From NCBI GenBank assembly GCA_016839785.1, contig JAEOTQ010000236.1:1-37146 (forward strand): a stretch of DNA of 37,146 nt, read 5' to 3'. Position 1 is the stretch's first letter. Each line of letters opens with the position of its first letter. Shown here piece after piece: positions 18,310 to 26,682 of the stretch. Position numbers and translations under genes: made by a program. The notes beneath the pieces are model-generated. The model saw only the letters and a program-made list of their open reading frames with translations. It did no database searches and was not told where the DNA came from. This stretch comes from Candidatus Hodarchaeota archaeon (GTDB lineage Archaea; Asgardarchaeota; Heimdallarchaeia; Hodarchaeales; Hodarchaeaceae).

Positions 18310-21300
18310 ATGGGATTAATATCAAGTATAAAGATTGCAAAGCGAGCATTGACTCGACGAAAGACCAAGAATTTCAGTGCTATTCTAGCGATTGCACTCG
18401 GTGTCACTTTAATGGTCGGTATACAAATCACTACCGATACGCTAGAGAATGCATTTCTCACTAGTCTTCTCATTCGCGAAGGAGAGGTTGATATTCGGTT
18501 TTCAAATGGTACAGGTGGATTTCTTTCCGCAGCTGATGAATCGAATATCTCAGCATTAGTTCCTGATGCTCTTGCTATCATGTCAGAACTTCAATCAAGC
18601 GGACCTGCTATGATCGGGTCTCAATTTGAACCATCGGTATCAATGGCAGGGATTCCCCTCGATTATAACGAAGCTTTTGGAAATTTTTATGATTGGGATA
18701 CTGGAGAAGTTATGGACATTAGCACGTACTTAGCTGATAATTCAAGTGTATTACTTTCGAGCAGTCTTGCTGAAGATATGGACATTAATAAGAGTACTGA
18801 ACTTCCTATCAACTTAACTACAGAATTCACATCTATTACGATTGTACCTAAACTAAATGAATCAACTGGTTTTCCAATTCTAAATGAAACAACAGGTTTT
18901 CCAATACTAGAGCTTCAGATTACGGAAGAAAGAGTTATTCTCAGTATAACAGAAATTTTTGATTCACGTCGTCCAGGGATAGGGGCTTCCTATCGGGGTG
19001 TTCTCTTCTCGTTAGATGCATATCAAGATTGGATGAGTCTCCAAGATCCTCTCCGAAATAAAGATATTATTGGTGCTTATTTAATTACTTATCAAACCGA
19101 TCACTTTAGTACTCCCATTGATGAAACTGTACTTCAAGAGAAGTTTGATGCCTTAGAAGAAAGGCTACCAGTTAAAATGGTAAATGATCAGGAAGTAAAT
19201 GTCTATGCTATTGATTCATCAAGGTTATTATACATCGGGCTTATTGATTTAATATTTGGCCTCATGTCGTCCTTTTTAAATGTTCTTGGCTTACTTATTA
19301 TAATCACTGGTATTCTCTTAATCACTAATGTGCAATTAATGAGCGTTGAAGATCGAGAATTCCAAACAGGAGTTCTACGAGCTGTCGGAGAGAAACGTGG
19401 AGGAATTTTCCGTTCAATGCTCTTTGAGACTCTTTTCCAAGGCATATTTGGAGGAATATTTGGTTTAGTTGGCGGATTGATCTTTGGTCAACTTGTTGCT
19501 TTATATTTAGTGAGTCTCTTTGGTTCAGGTAGTGCGAGTGTTCAACCTCTTGTAAAAGAAAGTGTTGTCATTTTCTCGGTTATTGTCGGAGTTATCCTTG
19601 GTATGTTGACAGGATTACTTCCAGCCCTTAGAGCTTCTCGCGTTAACATCGTGGAAGCACTGCGAGGCATCAAAATAACTTTTGAAGAAAAGTCAAGCCG
19701 CAATTTAGCTTTTATTGGTGTTCTACTCAGTTTTCTGGGTATCTTCTTCTTTCTTAACAATGGAATCATCAATAGGAATTTACAATATATCTGGTTAACT
19801 TCTGGATGGGATAACATTTCCGAGTGGGAAAATATTTTACTCGGAGCAGGATTTCTATTTACAGGGCTTGGAATAGTCCTTTCTCGCTATATTTCCCGAA
19901 CAAAGGCTTTTAATCTAACATCGATTGTCTTATGGGGAACACCTGTTTTCATGTTTGTTGTAGCAATGGGAAGTGGATGGATCACTGATATGAGTGGATC
20001 ATCTCTAAATATCCTCATCATTGCTATAATAGAAATTGTTATTGGTTCAGTGATGTTGGTTGGCATGAATCTTCCTTACATCATGCGCTTTCTCAGAAGC
20101 ACGTTGATAAAAATTCCAGGCGTAAAAGGTGTTGCTCAGGTTGCACCAGCATTGATTTCTTCCCACAAAACACGCTCCACACTAACTTTTGCAATCTTCG
20201 CGGTGGTTTTAACTCTAAATGTTACAGTTGCCAGTCTTGTGGCAACGAATATAGATAGTACAGTTGGACAATCAGAAGAAGACTCTCGTGGAATAGACTT
20301 ATATGTTCAACTCAGCGATCCTGAATACAATCTTGCTAATACTTCTTACACTACGGAGCTCTATCGAATAGATTCGGCTATTACTGATGTAATAGGGATG
20401 AAAACTTTCAAACCAGGAAGTACAGATTATACACGATATGTAGCTACAAAAAATCCATTTTCACCAGATTTCAATCCTCAATCGAATCTCTTACCTCTAG
20501 GTTTTGGAGAACTCCGATCAGACCAAATTCTTGGTGACGCACAAAACGCAACTGATGATGAAGATTGGCGATTTGACTTTTATATGTACAATTTACCCGA
20601 TGGTGTGAGACCAACCTCAATTGACCTTGGTGCAAGTGATGAAGTCCTTCTAGACCAGTCAAAACGAGCTTGGGATAAATTCTTCGATCCTGAATATAGA
20701 ATGACCGCATACAATATCACTTTAGATTTAGAGAATTTTGATATCAGTAATTTTGGGGGTTTTACAGCCTCAACTTTGGAGGAAGTTGACCCGATCCTTG
20801 ATATTAATGGGTCTGAAGTCCAATATCCAATTGTATTCACCGATTCATTCTTATTGCCTCTTGGAATGCCAATATGGATTCCCTTCAACACATCCCAATT
20901 TGGTTTTCCAGTTTATCAACCATTTACTATTGGAGGTAGTTTCGATTCGGATCGTGCTGGAGGTTGGCCTCTTTCACGAAGCATGCAAACAGAAGGATTT
21001 TCCAGTGGAAGTTTTTCTGGTACTCTGGGTACTGTTTATTTTCCAGAACGTTTTTCAAGCTATACTGATTTTTTCGGTATGGCAGATGAACTTTCGCCTG
21101 ATAAACGAGAACCAGATCAGTTTGATACTTACTTGATAAAAACTACTTATCCATTTGACAGTCCAGCTATCGAAGATGTTGCTCAATCAATAGAAGACTT
21201 CACTAATACAAAAGATTCTGGATATAGAAAGTTAATTGGTGATGAATTCATGGTTGCTACCGCTACATCTCTATATTCCAAGCTTGAAGCATCATTAGAA

Positions 21301-21699
21301 ATGATGGAACAAATGACTAATTTCCTGCAAATATATGTTAATTTTGGATTAATCATCGGTGCTGTAGGAATGGCTGTCATTTCTGTACGAAATGTTGCTG
21401 AAAGAAAAAGAGAAATCGGAATGATGAGAGCTATTGGTTTTCCTCGTTATCAGGTTATGACCGCAGCTCTTCTTGAACTAATGGTTCTTGGGTTTATTGG
21501 TTTGATTATCGGTGTGGTGAATGGTTTATTCGTTAATGTTGGATTTTCTAATATGCTGGATGTTCCTGTGGTTATACCGTGGGGAACAATTGGGGCGTAT
21601 TTATCATTCATTACCTTTATTGGGTTACTAGCGGGAGCAATTCCAGGCTGGGTAGCAAGTAGGATCCCCGCTGCAGAAGCACTGAGGTATGTAGGTTAA
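18310..21699 (+). CDS. Large FtsX/MacB-type ABC permease (two FtsX units with extracellular domains)
   Basis: SVEDREFQTGVLRAVG / PALRASRVNIVEALR and ERKREIGMMRAIG / PGWVASRIPAAEALRY. Confidence 0.92.
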   Translation: MGLISSIKIAKRALTRRKTKNFSAILAIALGVTLMVGIQITTDTLENAFLTSLLIREGEVDIRFSNGTGGFLSAADESNISALVPDALAIMSELQSSGPAMIGSQFEPSVSMAGIPLDYNEAFGNFYDWDTGEVMDISTYLADNSSVLLSSSLAEDMDINKSTELPINLTTEFTSITIVPKLNESTGFPILNETTGFPILELQITEERVILSITEIFDSRRPGIGASYRGVLFSLDAYQDWMSLQDPLRNKDIIGAYLITYQTDHFSTPIDETVLQEKFDALEERLPVKMVNDQEVNVYAIDSSRLLYIGLIDLIFGLMSSFLNVLGLLIIITGILLITNVQLMSVEDREFQTGVLRAVGEKRGGIFRSMLFETLFQGIFGGIFGLVGGLIFGQLVALYLVSLFGSGSASVQPLVKESVVIFSVIVGVILGMLTGLLPALRASRVNIVEALRGIKITFEEKSSRNLAFIGVLLSFLGIFFFLNNGIINRNLQYIWLTSGWDNISEWENILLGAGFLFTGLGIVLSRYISRTKAFNLTSIVLWGTPVFMFVVAMGSGWITDMSGSSLNILIIAIIEIVIGSVMLVGMNLPYIMRFLRSTLIKIPGVKGVAQVAPALISSHKTRSTLTFAIFAVVLTLNVTVASLVATNIDSTVGQSEEDSRGIDLYVQLSDPEYNLANTSYTTELYRIDSAITDVIGMKTFKPGSTDYTRYVATKNPFSPDFNPQSNLLPLGFGELRSDQILGDAQNATDDEDWRFDFYMYNLPDGVRPTSIDLGASDEVLLDQSKRAWDKFFDPEYRMTAYNITLDLENFDISNFGGFTASTLEEVDPILDINGSEVQYPIVFTDSFLLPLGMPIWIPFNTSQFGFPVYQPFTIGGSFDSDRAGGWPLSRSMQTEGFSSGSFSGTLGTVYFPERFSSYTDFFGMADELSPDKREPDQFDTYLIKTTYPFDSPAIEDVAQSIEDFTNTKDSGYRKLIGDEFMVATATSLYSKLEASLEMMEQMTNFLQIYVNFGLIIGAVGMAVISVRNVAERKREIGMMRAIGFPRYQVMTAALLELMVLGFIGLIIGVVNGLFVNVGFSNMLDVPVVIPWGTIGAYLSFITFIGLLAGAIPGWVASRIPAAEALRYVG
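18853..18906 (+). repeat. 27-bp in-frame tandem duplication (LNESTGFPI / LNETTGFPI)
   Basis: ctaaatgaatcaactggttttccaatt followed by ctaaatgaaacaacaggttttccaata. Confidence 0.85.
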
Positions 21700-21702
21700 A
21701 CG

Positions 21703-22476
21703 GTGAAAGAAATGTCTCAAAACAAAGCAATAAAAATGGATACTCCCCAGATGTTTCATTCGAATGACTCTGAAGTTATTTTGAAGATTGAAGGACTCCA
21801 TAAGAGGTATAATGAAGGTAAATCAAACGAAGTTCACGCACTTCGAGGTATCGATCTAGAGGTTAAGAAAGGAGACATGATGGCGATTATGGGACCATCA
21901 GGATGTGGAAAAACCACACTACTCAATATGATTGGACATCTCGACAAAAATTCTGGTGGAGAAATTCATATCTCTAAAATAGATACAAACAAACTGTCTG
22001 ATGGCCAACAAACCGCATTTCGACGCGATAACATCGGCTTTATTTTTCAGCTCTTCAATCTCTTCCCCTTCCTTAGTGCAGTCGAGAATGTCGAAACTCC
22101 CCTTCTTTTGCAGGGTTACAATTCTGGGATAGCACGAGAACAAGCTAAAATGCTACTACGAGACCTTGGAATGGGTGACCGTCTGTATCACAGTCCTATG
22201 GAACTTTCAGGAGGCCAGCAACAGCGTGTAGCTGTAGCTAGAGCCCTCATTACTGATCCAGCCATCATATTAGGTGATGAACCTACTGGTGACCTGGATA
22301 GTACAACAAGTGCGGAAGTCATAACTCTATTCCGTCGTATCAATAAGATGAATAAACAAACTTTCGTGTTAGTAACACATAATCGATGGATAGCAGAAAA
22401 ATGTGACTACATAGTACATATGATAGATGGAAAAATTTCTAATATGGAAATGGGTCCATTTAAGGAGGAAAAATAA
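21703..22476 (+). CDS. ABC ATP-binding protein, LolD/MacB/SalX type
   Basis: GPSGCGKT, LSGGQQQR, ILGDEPTG and LVTH. Confidence 0.95.
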   Translation: MKEMSQNKAIKMDTPQMFHSNDSEVILKIEGLHKRYNEGKSNEVHALRGIDLEVKKGDMMAIMGPSGCGKTTLLNMIGHLDKNSGGEIHISKIDTNKLSDGQQTAFRRDNIGFIFQLFNLFPFLSAVENVETPLLLQGYNSGIAREQAKMLLRDLGMGDRLYHSPMELSGGQQQRVAVARALITDPAIILGDEPTGDLDSTTSAEVITLFRRINKMNKQTFVLVTHNRWIAEKCDYIVHMIDGKISNMEMGPFKEEK

Positions 22477-24305
22477 TGAAGATATTTACAGCCGCTCTAA
22501 TTGATAAACCATTGAGAACTCAAAATGCCGAATTAAGGAAAAATATGGCTTCTGACCTGAAAAAACTTCTGGGTGTAAAGCGGAGTGCGATTGCAAGTCA
22601 AGAATTGAATTCTTTCATTTTCCTGTCAGCAGATAAAGCAAATGGAAGTATGCATCCAGAATTGGTAGAAAAAATTGAGAAAGGAGCGTTGTTCAAACGA
22701 TTTATGTCCTATAATAAGACTAATGAGTCAAAATTTCGTGATCTCTTGAAGAATAATCAAGAGCTTCATGAAACTTCACAAATTGTCAAAAATTTCATAA
22801 AAGAAATCGATAGTGGATTACCTAGAAAGTTAGATCAACAATTAAAGAAAGTTAACACAGATTTACCTCGCATTTTCTGTGAATTAAGCACTCGAAGTTT
22901 TATTACCCTGTGGGACATTGAAGAAGTAAAAGAATACCGATTTTATCTTTCTGGGTTTGATTTTCCTCTCTTTTGTGGGTCTACTGCAGATGTTTCCCTT
23001 AACATTGGGAAAATTGTTGATCAGTTATTGATAGCGAACTTTTTTGTGACATTTTTGAAACCAACTATCCAGCGTTTGGATGAAATGAGCAATGTATTGT
23101 TCAGACTTGAGAAAGAAATTCTCAAACAACATTATTCGACAACAAACAAAAAACTACAATCCAAATTCGACTTATTCTTGCGTATCTTAATAGCGAAACT
23201 AAGTGCACTACAGGAGCTTGAAAATCTTATTTACCGAATTTTCAACCTCTTTGAGATTCCTAGAATGTACCTTACGCAGTACAACCTTGAAAGTGATTTT
23301 GGAGATTTTAATGCAACCATTGCTCGAATTGCCGAAGAAATATCTGAAGGAAAGGTCAAATTACATACTGTTAGCGAGCTTATTCAAAAATGTCAACTCT
23401 GTTTCCGTGATTATCTTGATCAGGGTGTTAACGGTGTCACATTTGTTGATTCCAAAAAAGAATTTCAAGAAGGACTGCGAGCTATGGCTGAAATTAGTGT
23501 GGACTTATTTGTTGAAGCAGAAATGCTCAAAATTTGGGCTGATTATTTTGGTTCCGATTTACCTTTCTTTAGTTTTAATGCACAGCTCTTAAGTGTTGCA
23601 GAAACCGCAGCAGAAAAGATTGACAAAGACACCATTTTAGCAGTACGAGGCCTCTTCAAAAACTATAATTTAGGCCGAAATACAGTCTATGCCATTAGAG
23701 GTGTTAATCTCGACATAAAAGAAGGAGAATTCGTTGCAATCGTCGGTTCTTCAGGAGCAGGAAAAACAACGCTTTTAAACTGTATGGCGAGTCTCGACTC
23801 CCCAGATGCTGGTAGTGTCTACTTCCGTGGTAAAAATCTACATTCAATGAGTGATTCTGCGAAATCAGAAGCACGATTACTTGAAATGGGATTTATTTTC
23901 CAAAGTTACGCTTTACTCCCACACTTCAATACTCGAGAGAATGTTGCGTTACCAGCTGATCTAGCAGGAGGTTTAAATAAAGAGGTCAAAAAGCGAATAG
24001 AGGATCTTCTCATCGGTGTAGGTATTGATCAACAAGCAAAACAATTCCCTGCTCAGCTCAGTGGTGGTCAAATGCAAAGAGTGGCCATTGCACGTGCTCT
24101 AACAAATCAACCTTCTATCATTTTTGCTGATGAACCAACTGGTGATCTTGATAGTGGTACAGGGAAACAAGTCATGGATTTGTTGAAGAAATTCCACGAA
24201 GAAACGGGGACCACGATTGTAGTTATCACTCACGAAGAAGATATCGCTGCTTATGCACAAAGGCAGATCTTAATGGAAGATGGAATTGTCACTAGAAGAA
24301 AATAA
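22476..24305 (+). CDS. LolD/MacB-type ABC ATPase with a ~385-aa unknown N-terminal domain
   Basis: C-terminal GSSGAGKT, LSGGQMQR, IFADEPTG and VITH. The N-terminal region is soluble, Leu/Lys/Glu-rich and unassigned. Confidence 0.88.
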   Translation: MKIFTAALIDKPLRTQNAELRKNMASDLKKLLGVKRSAIASQELNSFIFLSADKANGSMHPELVEKIEKGALFKRFMSYNKTNESKFRDLLKNNQELHETSQIVKNFIKEIDSGLPRKLDQQLKKVNTDLPRIFCELSTRSFITLWDIEEVKEYRFYLSGFDFPLFCGSTADVSLNIGKIVDQLLIANFFVTFLKPTIQRLDEMSNVLFRLEKEILKQHYSTTNKKLQSKFDLFLRILIAKLSALQELENLIYRIFNLFEIPRMYLTQYNLESDFGDFNATIARIAEEISEGKVKLHTVSELIQKCQLCFRDYLDQGVNGVTFVDSKKEFQEGLRAMAEISVDLFVEAEMLKIWADYFGSDLPFFSFNAQLLSVAETAAEKIDKDTILAVRGLFKNYNLGRNTVYAIRGVNLDIKEGEFVAIVGSSGAGKTTLLNCMASLDSPDAGSVYFRGKNLHSMSDSAKSEARLLEMGFIFQSYALLPHFNTRENVALPADLAGGLNKEVKKRIEDLLIGVGIDQQAKQFPAQLSGGQMQRVAIARALTNQPSIIFADEPTGDLDSGTGKQVMDLLKKFHEETGTTIVVITHEEDIAAYAQRQILMEDGIVTRRK

Positions 24306-24338
24306 TTTTTCTCTCTCCTCTTCTACCTTTTTTCTTCT
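24306..24338 (+). terminator. Pyrimidine/oligo-T tract; likely archaeal terminator
   Basis: tttttctctctcctcttctacctttttt directly after the stop codon. Confidence 0.5.
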
Positions 24339-24431
24339 GAATCTCTTGGGAATTTGTCCTAAATTTATCTATTCCTATCCAAAGATTCTTAATTATTTCT
24401 TTTAATACGAACTTTTCAAGAGGTTTCACGT

Positions 24432-25796
24432 ATGAATGAAGACATTCTTGATTTTTTAAAACAATTAATAGCTTTTAAATCAGTGAGCTCTGATAAGAAA
24501 CAAGCAGAGAGTTCTAGACAAACTGCAGAGTTTATTAAATCAAAATTAAAGGATATTGGTATTCAAGCTGATATCATTGAAAATGAAAAGGAAGGGACTA
24601 ATCCTCTCGTTTTTGGTAAGTTGGGTACAGATTCTGATAAGAAAACAATTTTATTCTATTCACACTACGATGTTCAACCCGCTGAAATTTCTGATGGGTG
24701 GGATACTGACCCTTTTAACATGACTGAAAAGAATGATGGTTATGTTTATGGTAGAGGTACAGATGATGATAAAGGTCCAATTGCAGCCACCATCTTTGCA
24801 ATTAAAGAGTTGAAGAAAGAAAATGAGGAGCTACCAGTCAATTTACGGATATTATACGAAGGGGAAGAAGAAAGCTCATCAGGAGGATTTGAAGAGACTG
24901 TCCTGAAGAATAGAGATTATTTTGGTAAAGTTGATGGGATAATGATTCTTGATACCTCGTGGTTTACAGATGAACAACCCTCCTTGGATTATGGATTTAG
25001 AGGAATTACTTATCTTGGGGTTGAAATAGAGGGACCTTCCAGTGATCAACATTCCGGTATGGTAGGAGGTACTATTCGAGAACCATTGATTGACCTAATC
25101 TATTTGATGTCAAAATTTGTGGATCTAAATGGGAAAGTTTTAGTCGATGGATTTTATGATAAGGTCAAACCTCTTACTGAAGAAGAAACAAAACTATATG
25201 AGAATTTAGACTTTTCTTTGCAGGAATATAAAGATTCTATTGGAATTTCAAAAGTTTTAACCGAAGATTCAACACAGACTCTGATGAACATGTGGCGTAA
25301 TCCATGCTTGTCTATCCATGGAGTTGAAGGGGCGTTTAGCGGATCAGGTGCAAAAACTGTTGTTCCTGGAAAGGTAATTGGAAAAGTGAGTATGCGTTTA
25401 GTACCAGACCAAGTTCCAGATGAAATTACAAAGTTATTTACAACGCACGCTAAAGCAGAATTTAAGAAATTAAACTCTCCCAATCACCTCACAATTACTC
25501 CATTAGGTAGTGGGGATTGGTGGTTCGGGAATGTGAATAATTTTCTGTTTAAAGCGGGAAAAATCGCGCTTAATGAATATTGGGAAATAAACCCTTCTTT
25601 TGCACGATCAGGAGGATCCATACCGATAATTCCTTTTATGGAGAAAACCTTTAAGGCTCCAGCGATTGGCATTGGCGTTGGACAACCATCTGATGGTGCT
25701 CATGGGCAAAATGAACGAATTCGAATAACGAATCTTATCGGTGGAAAAGAAGTTATCAAAATCATGCTGAAAAATGTTGGAGAACAGGTACAATAG
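24432..25796 (+). CDS. M20A metallodipeptidase, CNDP2/Dug1-like
   Basis: [61 protein letters not shown] and DGAHGQNE. Confidence 0.9.
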   Translation: [454 protein letters not shown]

Positions 25797-25845
25797 GAAT
25801 CTCTTGGAAGAAGAAATATAAATATTCGAATATGCACAACAATCC

Positions 25846-26190
25846 ATGTCCAAATCCCCTTTAGAAAAAATTAAAGTTGATCAAGTTCAGAAGAAAATCA
25901 TTGAGGACTTCGCAGACATTATTTCTGAAGAAACTGGCCTCACTGTTTTAGTAATCAAAGGGTTTCTATGGAAAACGTTACGTCAATGGCAGAAAACCCA
26001 CGGGATGACAATCACTGACACTGAAAAGGGTTCTGGAAGTTCACCTAACGAAAGAATTCAACAAGCAACTGATATTCTTAATATTTGCAAATCTAAAATC
26101 GAATCATCAACTGATGTCAATATAGAAGATCTGGAAACTGGAATAAAAAAATCTATAAGACATTATGATACACATTATGCGAAGCGGTAG
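25846..26190 (+). CDS. Hypothetical helical protein, paralog 1
   Basis: 114 aa; aligns end to end with 26320..26661. Confidence 0.8.
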   Translation: MSKSPLEKIKVDQVQKKIIEDFADIISEETGLTVLVIKGFLWKTLRQWQKTHGMTITDTEKGSGSSPNERIQQATDILNICKSKIESSTDVNIEDLETGIKKSIRHYDTHYAKR

Positions 26191-26319
26191 ATTTTCTCCG
26201 ATTTCCATTCAAAAGATCTTCCAGAAAGTTACTTTTTCTTCTTACACTTAGATGAATTCAAGCAATTGATAGTTTTTCTAGAAAAGTTCTAAAAGGAAGA
26301 CAATGACTCCACATTTAAC

Positions 26320-26661
26320 ATGGCAAAATCATTAGAGAAAATTGATGTGGATAAGGTCCAAAGACAGATCATTGGTGACTTTGCAGACATTATTTCAAAG
26401 GAAACAAATCTCTCAAAGATGGTAATCAAAGGGTTTCTTTGGAAATCTCTTCGTAAGTGGCAAGAAATCCATGGTATGACGCATTCAGATACTGAAAAGG
26501 ATACTACGATTTCACCAGAAGAAAGAATTCAACAAACGACTGAGATCTTTGAGTTGTTCAAACCTCAAGTAATTTCTTCTGCGGAAGTTGATGAGAAGGA
26601 TTTAGAGTTTGCTATCAAGAAATCTCTACGTCATTATGAACAAAAATATGCTAATCGTTAA
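26320..26661 (+). CDS. Hypothetical helical protein, paralog 2
   Basis: 113 aa; shares DFADIIS, VIKGFLWK, HGMT, DTEK, ERIQQ and IKKS.RHY with paralog 1. Confidence 0.8.
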   Translation: MAKSLEKIDVDKVQRQIIGDFADIISKETNLSKMVIKGFLWKSLRKWQEIHGMTHSDTEKDTTISPEERIQQTTEIFELFKPQVISSAEVDEKDLEFAIKKSLRHYEQKYANR

Positions 26662-26682
26662 TCTATTCTTTTTTTATGTAAA

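Noticed and set aside
25846-26661. The paralog pair as a toxin-antitoxin module or histones
   Set aside because: The two genes are homologous to each other, are separated by 129 nt, and show no TA or histone-fold motifs that I recognise.
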